Of a stretch of DNA of 64,000 nt, positions 1 to 9,553 are shown one piece after another. Each line of letters opens with the position of its first letter. Position 1 is the first letter of the stretch. Made by a program: the position numbers and the translations under genes. This stretch comes from Pelagomonas calceolata (lineage: Eukaryota): positions 3,968,001 through 4,032,000 of the forward strand of contig CAKKNE010000002.1 of assembly GCA_918797485.1 (NCBI GenBank). Direction: 5' to 3'. The notes under the pieces are model-generated. The model ran no database searches and was not told the DNA's origin. It saw nothing but the letters and a program-made list of their open reading frames with translations.

Positions 1-481
1 GTCTTAACCACCGCCAGGCGGCCTTGATGAGGGATGACGAGGGCGGTTTTGCGACGAGCTCGGCGATGGTGGGCGACGAGCCGACACCAATCAACGTCTC
101 CGCGTCGACGGGCGCTAGTGCTGTCGGCGGCTTGCTGAACGTGAAATGAGATGCGGTCGGGGCGCCGTCGAATTTTAAGCGGGTCAGGAGGCTACCGCTG
201 CGGTACCACGCCTCTTGCGTCGCGCCGGGAGCGACGCACGCAGCGCCGGCCTCATCGCTGACTTTGAGCGTGTACGCCCACGCATCTCCACGTCTGATGC
301 GCACGAGGCCGTCCTTGGTGCAGACTAATAATAGGTCTCCGCACCAGGCGAGATCATTAATGTCCTCGGCCTCGACGCGCGCGGCGGCGCCGCCTCCGAC
401 CGGACCGACGTGGAACGCGTCCGGTTGCGTGGCGTAGGCGACGCGGCCGTCGTTCGAGAGCGTGAGGAGGAGGCGGTCCAT
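1..481 (-). CDS. Uncharacterised protein, N-terminal part (runs off window start); possibly beta-propeller/WD40-like
   Basis: Manual translation from ATG 481 (MDRLLLTLSNDGRVAY...INDLAWCGDLLLVCTKDGLVRI...) is open to position 1; not in the ORF track because it is truncated by the window edge. Confidence 0.6.
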   Translation of the reverse strand, partial: MDRLLLTLSNDGRVAYATQPDAFHVGPVGGGAAARVEAEDINDLAWCGDLLLVCTKDGLVRIRRGDAWAYTLKVSDEAGAACVAPGATQEAWYRSGSLLTRLKFDGAPTASHFTFSKPPTALAPVDAETLIGVGSSPTIAELVAKPPSSSLIKAAWRWLR

Positions 482-668
482 CGATGCGCGCTGGTTTGCT
501 GCTTCGGCGCGCTGGTTTGGCTGCTTCGGGCCCCAAGGCGTGTGAAGCTATGCTCCGCCTCCAATTGTTACGGCTTCGTGCGCCAGCCCACAGATACCGC
601 CAGAGCTGTGCGCACGTATCAGGTACAGCTCGTAAGGGCGCGGCCCCGGCAGCTCCCGCGTTTGGCAG

Positions 669-691
669 CTAGCGGCGTATAAAGACACTAG
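669..691 (+). promoter_or_regulatory. CTAG-box promoter element copy
   Basis: CTAGCG GCGTATAAAGA CACTAG between divergent ATGs 481 and 854. Confidence 0.6.
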
Positions 692-853
692 CACGCAGCG
701 GTGGCCGGGCTGCACAGGCCGCAGAGCTGCATAGCTCATTGTCCTTGCACGGCAGAATAGCTAAACCAACTCGCACACTTAGCCTGCTACTCCCGCTGCA
801 GCACTCGCTGTGCAGAAGCGGTCGATTCGCAGCACCACCACTGGCCAATAAGG

Positions 854-2008
854 ATGCCGCTCCCGGACCCGACCGGCCCGCACCGCGTCGGCGTCATCGA
901 AGCGGACGTGCCTGCACGAACGGATGCCGGATGCGTACCGGTCGTCGTCTACTACCCGGCAATCGACGAACCCGACGCGCCGCCGTCGACGGCGCTCTGC
1001 GGCGCGACGAGTAGCGAGCCGGAGCAATTGCGGTGGCTCGACGCGCGCTACGCGGCGGCGCTCGGCAAGAGCCACCTCACGGGCACGCTTGGCGCGTGGT
1101 CCGCCGGGGCGTTGATGGGGAATTTGGGCCCCGCCGCGACGAATTACGAGGTCGTGCGCGCGGCCGTCGGCGCCGATGCCAAACCGCCACCGGCCGGCGG
1201 CTGGCCCGTGGCCGTCTTCTCGCACTCGCTGACGGGCTGGCGGCACGTGAACTCGAGCCTCTGCGCGGAGTTGGCCTCGCACGGCGCTGTCGTGATACAT
1301 ATGGAGCACGCCGACGGCACGGCCTGCCTCTGTACCTCGTCCGAGGACGGCCGCGTTTTGGCCGAGTACGTCGACTGGGCGCGCGAGAAGACAGAGGAGC
1401 TCAAGCAGAGTACGGACGACGTCGGCGCGGCCCTCGAGGCCTGGCGGCGGGCGCAGGTCGCGAGGCGCGTCGTCGAGATCGCCGCGGCGCTCGACGGTTT
1501 GGAAAAGATCTGCGCCCGCGTGCACAGGGGCGGCGCCTTCGCGCGGACGGCGTCGAATGTGGCAGTAATGGGCCAGTCGTTTGGGGGCGCCGCGGCGGTG
1601 GCGTGTCTGCGTGAAAGTCGCTTTTCGCATTGTTGCATCTACGATCCCTGGCTCGACGGCGTGGGCCCGCACCGGCACCCGCTCCCGGACGCGGACTACC
1701 AGGGGAAATTCTCACCGGCCCTGAAGAGACTCGCGCTCTGGTCCTGCGGCGCGAGCCCCTTACAGGAGTCCTGCGGCGCCAACTGGGATTCAATAATGGC
1801 GAAGGCTGGAGGTGTTGGAGTGAGGCACCACGAAGAAAAAGCTGGTCATTTCGCGCAGACCGACGCCCCCGTCGTCTTCGAGCAGGGTCCCCTTTCTTCA
1901 ATTTATTCAGCCCTCGTCTCCAAAGCGGACCAGAGCTCCGACTCCGAGACACTACTGAGAAGGTGCCTAGAGCAGACCGTAGCAGAACTAAGTAGCCTTT
2001 ACGCATAA
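854..2008 (+). CDS. Platelet-activating-factor acetylhydrolase-like alpha/beta hydrolase
   Basis: PTGPHRVG start, WPVAVFSHSL, ELASHG, EHADGTA, nucleophile elbow GQSFGG, YDPW, GHFAQTD. Confidence 0.85.
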   Translation: MPLPDPTGPHRVGVIEADVPARTDAGCVPVVVYYPAIDEPDAPPSTALCGATSSEPEQLRWLDARYAAALGKSHLTGTLGAWSAGALMGNLGPAATNYEVVRAAVGADAKPPPAGGWPVAVFSHSLTGWRHVNSSLCAELASHGAVVIHMEHADGTACLCTSSEDGRVLAEYVDWAREKTEELKQSTDDVGAALEAWRRAQVARRVVEIAAALDGLEKICARVHRGGAFARTASNVAVMGQSFGGAAAVACLRESRFSHCCIYDPWLDGVGPHRHPLPDADYQGKFSPALKRLALWSCGASPLQESCGANWDSIMAKAGGVGVRHHEEKAGHFAQTDAPVVFEQGPLSSIYSALVSKADQSSDSETLLRRCLEQTVAELSSLYA

Positions 2009-3379
2009 CTACTTCTTCCGCGCGGCCTTGGCCCGCTTCGCCGCCTGCTCCTCCAACAATGCGGCATACGTGGGAGACGTCTCGAGCATCTTCTCGACCT
2101 TCGTGATGACGTGGCGCACGCCAAATCTTTGTAAAAGAAACACGCACCGCTCCCGCGTGTTCATGTCCTTCCAGCCCTTGCCGACCTTGAAGGCATCCAA
2201 CGCTTGTTTGACTCTTCTCAATGCCTTGGCCACTTCCTCGCGCTCGGCCGCGACTTTATCTCGCTCGGCAGCCACAGCACCGATCTGGTTCGCGAAGTCT
2301 TCGGCCGACGGCGCCTCGGTCTCGTTGAGTACTGGTAACAACTCCACGTTCGGGTTCTCCTTCAGCACCAACGTCTCCAGGTCTAGCGCACCATCGCTAC
2401 CAAGCAATTTCACTTCAAGAATCAAGGGATCCGCCTTCGACGTGATCAATCGCTTCAGCGTGAAGTCGGCCATCGCCTGCCTTGTTACCTCCTTCGCGAC
2501 AATAGCCTTTGCGGAGTCCTCCAGTTTCTTGTTCCCGCTCTTCTCCTTCTTCTCGATGTCCTCCTCGATCAACGCTTCGAACTCTGAGCCTTTGGCCTGG
2601 AGGATTTTGGACGCGTCGAGGAAGACGGGCGGAAATAAATTCTCCTCGGCGTCCTTGCAGCTGATCGCGAGACAGTTTTTTTCTTCCGCGTAGCCAATCT
2701 TGATGCAGAGCATCTGCTTCGTCTTCCAGAGGGGTTTCTGGCCCTCGTAGATCTGTTCTACGGGCGTAGGCGGCGGCGGCCCCGGGTCGACCTCCTCCTC
2801 CTCCTCCACACCCGTCTTCTCGCCTGCTGAACTTTTACGAGATCGTCGCTTCTTCTTGGCTTCTTCCTTGCGCTTCTTCTCGGCCTCCTGTTCGCGCTGC
2901 CATCGCAATCGCTCGGCCTTCCACGCGATGTTCGGGATCTGGTAGCAGTACGCCTGGAACTCCTCGATACTAATGGTACCGTTGCCATCCTCGTCGAAGT
3001 CATCCAACAATGTTTTGAGCTGTTCATCGGTGCACTTCCAGCCCAGCTTATGCATCGCGGCCCCAAAGTCTTCGGGCGTGATATCGCCCTCGAGCTTGCC
3101 GTTCGGTTTGAAGTAGCTGAAGATCTGCTGGACCTTGAGACCGCTCTCTTTGGCCGTCGACATGACTTGCTGCAATTTGGCCGTCACGGACATGTCCGGG
3201 TCGTCGTCCATGAATTCAGCTAAATCTACAGTACCACCGACGGAGAAGCGTTTGGCCGCTTCGAGGCGCTTCTTCTTCTGGGCCGCGTCGTATTCCGCCT
3301 TCTTGCGCTTTTCCTCCTCGGGGTCGACCTCGACCTTCTTCTTCGCGAAGGAGGCCTGGCCTCTTTTAGGGGGAGGCAT
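2009..3379 (-). CDS. EF-hand calcium-binding protein with charged coiled-coil segments
   Basis: Canonical EF loop DEDGNGTISIEE plus a paired degenerate EF hand; 456 aa ORF. Confidence 0.8.
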   Translation of the reverse strand: MPPPKRGQASFAKKKVEVDPEEEKRKKAEYDAAQKKKRLEAAKRFSVGGTVDLAEFMDDDPDMSVTAKLQQVMSTAKESGLKVQQIFSYFKPNGKLEGDITPEDFGAAMHKLGWKCTDEQLKTLLDDFDEDGNGTISIEEFQAYCYQIPNIAWKAERLRWQREQEAEKKRKEEAKKKRRSRKSSAGEKTGVEEEEEVDPGPPPPTPVEQIYEGQKPLWKTKQMLCIKIGYAEEKNCLAISCKDAEENLFPPVFLDASKILQAKGSEFEALIEEDIEKKEKSGNKKLEDSAKAIVAKEVTRQAMADFTLKRLITSKADPLILEVKLLGSDGALDLETLVLKENPNVELLPVLNETEAPSAEDFANQIGAVAAERDKVAAEREEVAKALRRVKQALDAFKVGKGWKDMNTRERCVFLLQRFGVRHVITKVEKMLETSPTYAALLEEQAAKRAKAARKK

Positions 3380-3797
3380 GGCTAGTTAGTGCTGCCCTCG
3401 CTTGATACTTGTTTCGACCGCGGGCAGCCCTTCCGCGTTTTTGTTGGCTTCCGTGTGGGACCAAACGGCAGCCAGCGGGGCCGGTGGGCGTGTGTCCTCG
3501 CGCGGCTTCGCGCGGCGCTGCTCCGCTGTGCGCCGGGCCGAGCGCGCTATCTAGGACTTACAGATACATAGAAATGCACGGCCCGAGGACATCACCCTGT
3601 GGGCCGTCGCTCCGCCAGTGGTCGCTGGCGCATGCGTCCCGCGGCCGGCGGGCGCGAGAGCGCCTCGACGGCGCGCCGTCGGCCGCGCGGTGTCTTCCCC
3701 ACCCACGAGTCCTAGCACCGCAATACGCCATCGGCGCGCGACGCTTCGAAAAATTCGCGAAAACACAATCATTACTCTTCGATTTCGACGGCCCACA

Positions 3798-5345
3798 TCA
3801 GGAAGCCTCGACGTCGCCGCAGCAGTCCGCGGTCACACGCGTAGGTATGGGCTTGGACGCATCTAGATCGTCCTGGGCCTGGCAGCACGGGTCCGTGGAC
3901 GCCGCCGGCGCGTCGTCCAAGTGCAACAGGGCGTAGCCCGTCGTCGCCCCGAGACACACCGCGGCGAACAATTCAATGGAATACGTCATCGCCGCGAACA
4001 TCGCCAAATAACCGAGCACGGACTGGACGAAGTGCAGGAACACGAGGCCCATCCTGGCCCAGGACATGTCGCGCCGCCTTCGGTGCACGTACTTCCGCAC
4101 GAATGACGTACATTCGACTAGCAACCCGACGAAAAACGCCCCAAACATGCCGCCCACGTACTTGCCTACCGAAGATAGGGTCCAGTCCGCCACGTAGAGG
4201 TTGATGCAGGGCGGCGTGCTCTCTTCAAAGGCCGACCGGAAACCGTCCATATGCATGTCCTGGCCGCTGCCTCGACAAAAACCGCCTTCTCTCGATCTTG
4301 AACTGTTGGAGAGACTACCACTGCGATCAACACACACGGGCGAACAGTTGTCGAAGGAGTGCCCTTCGCAGTGCGTATCTTCCGGGACGACTTGGTCATT
4401 GTCGTCGAGGCAGACGGCGCCGTACGCACAGTCCACCTCCAAACACTGGAGCCAGCAGAAGATGCCATCTTTCCCATCCTGCGTCTGGCACGTCGCCGCC
4501 GGGTCTACTGCGGTTAATGATCTCGAGCGACCGATCGTGATCGTACTGGTCCTCCGCGCTCTTCTCTCATCAAACCGTTCGCCGTCCAATAACGCGTCGT
4601 CGGGCGGCAGGACCATGAGGCCGTACCACGGTCTTGCTTCGTTGTCCGACAGTGCCAATGATAACGAGTGCGGCGCCGGCCTCGCATTACCTAGGTACCT
4701 TGAAGAATCACCAGCGAGGATCAGCACCGCACTATCAACATCCCACCTTAATTCATGTGATGCGCCGCCGGGTAGCGTGATATGTAGTGACCCGCCCTCG
4801 CCCGCGACCATCGCCACCAGGACACCCTCGTCGACGTGCGCCTCGAGCGCTTCGCCTTTTGAAGGTCCGTAGTAGGCGTGGACGTGCTCGAGGTGGCGGC
4901 CCTTGTCGACGACGCCGCGCCAGTCGTAGTCTGCAGCATCGCCGCGCAGAGGGGTGGTGCCACCTCCATCGAGAGCTACAGCGACCGCCTGGACGGCGTC
5001 GAAGGCCGCCCTTCTCAATACATTTGATGCCTCGTCGTCGAAGCACACAGAATCAAAACCGGCTCCGCGCGCGGCTATTGTCCTCCTCCGCGTCCCGTCA
5101 ACCAACAAAGCCTCCTGGCCGTCTCCCTCTAAGCAGTCCGCCAGGCCCTCGAAGGCTGTGGCACTCGCTTGCGCGAGCCCGGGCACGCGCACGGCGACGG
5201 CGCCCGTCGTCTTCAGCGCCGTTTTTGTCGTGCGCGCGTCTATCGAAACTAGGTCGACGTGGGGCACGGCGAAGGGCGCTGCAATGGCATCGCTGCACGC
5301 TATTGGAAATGCTACGAGGAAGCACGTCGAAAAAACCGGCCGCAT
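3798..5345 (-). CDS. Ctr-family copper transporter with a large N-terminal 2OG-Fe(II) oxygenase-like and Cys-rich ectodomain
   Basis: Signal peptide; MHMDGF Met motif; three C-terminal TM helices with YLAMFAAMTYS (MxxxM) and GATTG (GxxxG); upstream HVD...PH...R pattern. Confidence 0.75.
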   Translation of the reverse strand: MRPVFSTCFLVAFPIACSDAIAAPFAVPHVDLVSIDARTTKTALKTTGAVAVRVPGLAQASATAFEGLADCLEGDGQEALLVDGTRRRTIAARGAGFDSVCFDDEASNVLRRAAFDAVQAVAVALDGGGTTPLRGDAADYDWRGVVDKGRHLEHVHAYYGPSKGEALEAHVDEGVLVAMVAGEGGSLHITLPGGASHELRWDVDSAVLILAGDSSRYLGNARPAPHSLSLALSDNEARPWYGLMVLPPDDALLDGERFDERRARRTSTITIGRSRSLTAVDPAATCQTQDGKDGIFCWLQCLEVDCAYGAVCLDDNDQVVPEDTHCEGHSFDNCSPVCVDRSGSLSNSSRSREGGFCRGSGQDMHMDGFRSAFEESTPPCINLYVADWTLSSVGKYVGGMFGAFFVGLLVECTSFVRKYVHRRRRDMSWARMGLVFLHFVQSVLGYLAMFAAMTYSIELFAAVCLGATTGYALLHLDDAPAASTDPCCQAQDDLDASKPIPTRVTADCCGDVEAS

Positions 5346-5784
5346 CGCTTCCCAATCAATGTGGGCGTTGGTGACGCTGTTTCCAAGCTCTCCTTGCGAC
5401 TAACGTCTGTGGCTCGAACTCACGGAGCAAGGAACAGTCCACAAATGGACTCTGTAGGAGCAGCGCGAGCAGCTGTGCTAAGTCGTGCGGCGAGGGAGCA
5501 GCTCGCAAAGAGGCCCTTTCAGGCAACAAGCAAGCATGCCGACGAGTGCGGGGTTTCAGAGTCGAGCTCCCAACGACTCGTTGCGGAGGGAGATTGAGTC
5601 CTCAGGACGAACCCTACAAAGTTGCGCGCGCTTCGGGCGGCGCGAGGACCGCCGCGCGCCCCTGAACGCCGGCGGTCCCCTCCACGCTGTCGGGGCGCCC
5701 GAGCTCGCTCCGGATCCTCACTACTGGGATCGCACTCCGGTGCAGGAACACCTACCCGCACACATAACCGGGACACACAACGAA

Positions 5785-6708
5785 TTACACGTACACCCCG
5801 TGGTCGACCTCGTCGTTCGCGCCGCCGTGGTACGCCTGGTAGTGCTCCGGTTCTTCCCAGGTCGAGATGCCCGTGATGTTGTTGCACCAGTAGGCGTGGC
5901 CCGTCGCCGGGTCGTCGTAGCGCGTCCATTCTGAGGCCTCATCTGCTAGACCCATCTGCTGCTTGTCTTCGGGGGACAAGTTGTCATGAAACAATCCTAC
6001 CAAATCGCCCTTCTCAAAGTTGGGGCGCATCTTCTTCGCTCTTTTGAGAGCGTGTCGTCTCCGTTGCCAGTACTCTTCCCCACCGAGCTTCTCCCGCAGA
6101 TCGTCCGCGGTCCTCAAAACAGGCCACAGTAATTTTTGGAACGTTAACCTATGTTTCTTGCCCATCACTTCGTCCAGATCCAGTACTTGATCTTTATTCC
6201 CCGCATCCACCGCATCCAGCTGCGCCGCGATTTCAGCATCAGTCATCTGCGGCTGGGCCAGCCTACACAACTGAGCGAACTCCACTTGATCCAACACCCG
6301 ATTATGATCCGAATCGAACATGTGAAAACAGAAGGATACTTGCGAATCTTCGTCCTGCACCAAAAACGCGTGCAAACAAACAAAAAACACGAGTGGATCG
6401 ATACCCACGGCTCTTTCATCATTGGTCTCGATGATCCCGAAGAACCGATACAAAAATTCGTCGTGGGGATGCTTCCGGTCCGTATGCTCCTTGTTCTTCC
6501 TCATAAATTCTTTCAGATCGAGTTGCCCGTCTCCGTTTCTGTCCATCTCCATGAACTTCTTGAGGATGACCATTTCGTCGCCGTCATGGTAGCACAGCTT
6601 GTTTTTTTGATCTTCTCCAGCCAGTCCCAGAGCTTCCTTGACCGCGATGAAGCCCTGGTTCGACTCGATCCACTGCATGTTCGCCGGTAGACTCGCGCCG
6701 GCGCCCAT
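5785..6708 (-). CDS. EF-hand (calcineurin-B/NCS-like) protein with C-terminal WW domain, probably N-myristoylated
   Basis: MGAGAS N-terminus; EF loops DRNGDGQLDLKE and DSDHNRVLDQVE; WW motif WTRYDDPATGHAYWCNNITGISTWEEP. Confidence 0.85.
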   Translation of the reverse strand: MGAGASLPANMQWIESNQGFIAVKEALGLAGEDQKNKLCYHDGDEMVILKKFMEMDRNGDGQLDLKEFMRKNKEHTDRKHPHDEFLYRFFGIIETNDERAVGIDPLVFFVCLHAFLVQDEDSQVSFCFHMFDSDHNRVLDQVEFAQLCRLAQPQMTDAEIAAQLDAVDAGNKDQVLDLDEVMGKKHRLTFQKLLWPVLRTADDLREKLGGEEYWQRRRHALKRAKKMRPNFEKGDLVGLFHDNLSPEDKQQMGLADEASEWTRYDDPATGHAYWCNNITGISTWEEPEHYQAYHGGANDEVDHGVYV

Positions 6709-6728
6709 GGTCGCGTGTGGCCGGTGCG

Positions 6729-6931
6729 CTGTCGGTGACAGTCACAAATCAATGTCGCGTCGATGGCGTGGGAGCCTGAGATTTGATAGGGGCAGCCTGA
6801 TGGGAGTCTCAATGGACTGATTGCACGCACGGGCGACGGTTGATGGTGGCAGAGCAGCCAGGGCGGCACCGGTACGGCTCGATGGCGTGCGTTCGACGGC
6901 GTGTGGCTCGGGCGTCGTGCGCGCCGCGTAC
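6729..6931 (-). other. Putative 5'UTR intron of the EF-hand/WW gene
   Basis: Minus strand GTACGC...TTGATTTGTGACTGTCACCGACAG ends 20 nt upstream of ATG 6708; contains the intron-associated 13-mer at 6757. Confidence 0.35.
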
Positions 6932-7057
6932 AGCGCCTCAGTGTGCCAATCTCTCGAAGTTGAGAAATGCCGGACATCGGCGCGCTATTTTTACTACCGG
7001 TGAGTGGTGGCGCATCAGCAAACGGGACTCTTCAGATCACTACGTCCAGGCATGGCC

Positions 7058-7078
7058 CTAGCGGCTGTAAGACACTAG
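7058..7078 (+). promoter_or_regulatory. CTAG-box promoter element copy
   Basis: CTAGCG GCTGTAAGA CACTAG between divergent ATGs 6708 and 7229. Confidence 0.7.
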
Positions 7079-7228
7079 CAAAAGCAGGGAGGCGCGGCGC
7101 CGCTTTGTATCGCCCGTATAAATCGTCCGGACTTGCAGCGCTGCGCGTATAAGGCTCGTTTCTTGCATAAGCTGCGCACGCCAGCATTTCATCGTAAGCA
7201 CAAGCGCGAGCACACTGCACGCTGCAGG

Positions 7229-9034
7229 ATGGTCAAAATACTCGTCTGCGGCGACGTCGAGGGACGCTACGCGGAAACTTTTAAACGCGTGGCGAAGCTC
7301 GACAAGAAGGCGGGCCCGTTCGACGCTTTATTTTGCGTCGGCGCGTTCTATGGAGCTGACAAGACTGTCCCCGCGGCGCCGATCCCCACCTATATATTAG
7401 ATGGAGAGGCTGGAGAAGTAGCGGAGAACGTCACGGCGCTAGGGAGTTGCGGCGCGACGACCATTGAGGAAAGGAAGGGCGGCGCCGGCGCAAAACACCT
7501 GAGCGTAGCGTTCGTAGCAGACGAAGGCAGTGTAAAGCCGCTGGAGGACGCCTGCGCGACGGCGGGCTTCATGGGCGTCGACGTATTACTGTCGTGCGAG
7601 TGGCCGCGCGGCGTCGATGTCGGTGTTCCTGACGCCGAGGTAGAAAAACTAGCTGAATGTGGTGTGCGAATAAACGCCGCAGGCACCGACAGAATCGCGG
7701 AGTGCGCGAAGATGACGCGACCGAGGTACCACTTCGCGGGGACCAGGAACGCGTTCTGGGTGCGAGCACCTTATAGACATGCACCGAAGCCACCGTCCAC
7801 GAGGAAGACCCACGTCTGCCGGTTTGTTGCTCTGGGCAAGGCGGCCTTATCCAAAGATCCTCAAAGAAAATGGATCCACGCCGTAGATATTGATCCGGTC
7901 CCCTACGCCCCTCTACAAGCTCTGCAGGACGAACCCGTGAACTGTGGCGATTCGCCCTACTTGTGTTTTCAGTCGTCCGAGCGGCCCGTCGAGAAACTCG
8001 CCAAAAGACCCGTCGAAGATACCGATAGAGGCGCCTTCCGCTGGGCTTCCGTGGGCGGTGCCCAGCCGAAGCGCCGGAAAGTCGACGAGGACTCGTCCAC
8101 CACACTATTTGTGGGCGGCCTGCCTCGAAATTGTGATGATAGCCAACTGGAAGACGTGGCGCGGAAGGCCGACGCAAAACCTTCAGCATGTAGGTGCGTC
8201 GCGGGCAAAGGCTACGGTTTTTTGGATTTCGCCTCGAGGCAAGACGCGGAAGCCGCATTGACAGCACTCCAGAACGCCGACGTCAAGCTCGGCGGCCGCT
8301 CATTAACCTTCGACTGGGGCACTTCTTCGGCAAAACCAAAACAGCAGCACTATCCCGACGACGCGAGACGGGACTGCTGGTTCTGTCTAGCTTCTCCTGG
8401 GTGTGAAACACATTTAGTGACGGGTGTGGGCGACACGTGCTACACTTGCCTGCCGAAGGGCGGTCTCGTGGATGCGCATGCGCTCATCGTGCCGATCGCG
8501 CACGCGTCCGACCGGGCGTCACTGGATGATGCGACGCTCAATGAATTGGAAGCGACGTCGGATAATCTAGCGAAGTCATTTCGCGAGAAGCTGAATAGCC
8601 ATGCGGTGGCCTTTGAGCGGGTTGCTGATACGAAAAAGGGCGTGTACCACATCCATAGGAACATCATACCCTTACCAAAACGGGGCTCGGGCGACGCTTC
8701 TAGGTTAGTGTCCGACTTCATGGACGCCGCGCAGCGCATGTCGTTTCGTTTAGTGCCTGTGAACGATGGCGTCTTCCGACCGGCGGCCTCCGACCGTTTT
8801 TTTGTGGTGGACGTCTACTGCGGCGAGACCGGTTCCAAGAAACGGTTCGCGTGCGTGCAGCCCAAGGACACTTCACAAAGGTTCGCGGGGCTGCACTTCG
8901 GGCGCGACCTGCTGGCTGCGGCGCTGGGCACGCCCGGTCGCGCCCACTGGAAGGCGTGCGAGGTCGGCCGCTCCGACGAGGAGCGGCTCGTCGCGGCCTT
9001 CAAGGCGAAGGTGCTCGGGGAGGGGGGTTCGTAA
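7229..9034 (+). CDS. CWF19L1: CWF19-like protein 1 (Drn1 family): metallophosphoesterase-like N-terminus, RRM, CwfJ domain
   Basis: KILVCGDVEG, GPFDALFCVG, VDVLLSCEWP, RPRYHFAG; RRM (LFVGGL, KGYGFLDF); CWFCLAS...HALIVPIAH...FGRDLLA. Confidence 0.9.
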   Translation: MVKILVCGDVEGRYAETFKRVAKLDKKAGPFDALFCVGAFYGADKTVPAAPIPTYILDGEAGEVAENVTALGSCGATTIEERKGGAGAKHLSVAFVADEGSVKPLEDACATAGFMGVDVLLSCEWPRGVDVGVPDAEVEKLAECGVRINAAGTDRIAECAKMTRPRYHFAGTRNAFWVRAPYRHAPKPPSTRKTHVCRFVALGKAALSKDPQRKWIHAVDIDPVPYAPLQALQDEPVNCGDSPYLCFQSSERPVEKLAKRPVEDTDRGAFRWASVGGAQPKRRKVDEDSSTTLFVGGLPRNCDDSQLEDVARKADAKPSACRCVAGKGYGFLDFASRQDAEAALTALQNADVKLGGRSLTFDWGTSSAKPKQQHYPDDARRDCWFCLASPGCETHLVTGVGDTCYTCLPKGGLVDAHALIVPIAHASDRASLDDATLNELEATSDNLAKSFREKLNSHAVAFERVADTKKGVYHIHRNIIPLPKRGSGDASRLVSDFMDAAQRMSFRLVPVNDGVFRPAASDRFFVVDVYCGETGSKKRFACVQPKDTSQRFAGLHFGRDLLAAALGTPGRAHWKACEVGRSDEERLVAAFKAKVLGEGGS

Positions 9035-9266
9035 CTCTGGTTGTATCAATTCTTACTCTGTTCGGCACGTGCTCTAGTCGACGAAATGGCAGGTGTTGCC
9101 ACTCGTCAGGAACACAAAGGGCGAGACCCTCCTCGAGACCAACTCGTCGACCGCGAGCGAGACGACACTGCCCGCGAGACCGACGGAGAGCGTCCCGGTC
9201 GAGCTCGGCGTTCGAGTACTCGGCGTTCAGGCGCTGGCGCTTCGTCGGGCGCTCCGCGTCGGCCAT
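9000..9266 (-). CDS. Small hypothetical ORF (88 aa) with NLS-like N-terminus; may be a gene remnant
   Basis: AAAAAAA-ATGG start context, PTKRQRL, promoter motif 55 bp upstream; 3' end overlaps CWF19L1 antisense by 35 bp. Confidence 0.3.
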   Translation of the reverse strand: MADAERPTKRQRLNAEYSNAELDRDALRRSRGQCRLARGRRVGLEEGLALCVPDEWQHLPFRRLEHVPNRVRIDTTRVTNPPPRAPSP

Positions 9267-9320
9267 TTTTTTTCTCGTTGGTGTGAAGGCTGTCCAATAT
9301 GACCCGGACCCAGGACCGTG

Positions 9321-9342
9321 CTAGCGGCCTGTAAGACACTAG
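9321..9342 (+). promoter_or_regulatory. CTAG-box promoter element copy
   Basis: CTAGCG GCCTGTAAGA CACTAG upstream of ATG 9554. Confidence 0.7.
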
Positions 9343-9553
9343 AAAGCGCGAAGCTGAAGGCGCTGCCTTGGCTAAAACGCTCTCATACCCCCTCAAAACA
9401 ACGATACGTGTCGCCCAGCAACACGTCCTGATCTGTGTGCAACCCTCTGCATGTTACCGCGCGGCCAAAAGAGCACTGCAAGGGAGACACAGAGAGCACA
9501 GCTAAGAGAGCAGTGCAAGTTGCGCGCGGAAGCATAGCGAGGAGAGCACACCG

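Noticed and set aside
3551..3571. CTAGGACTTACAGATACATAG upstream of gene 3379; also CTAG-N9-CTAG near 29096 and CTAGTCCTAACAG near 43494
   Set aside because: Too degenerate to count as motif copies by eye
7067..7078. GTAAG...CTAG core of the motif as a micro-intron or splice donor
   Set aside because: Only 12 nt long, and orientation is not tied to the adjacent gene's strand (41718 is antisense to its downstream gene); not excluded without RNA data but unlikely
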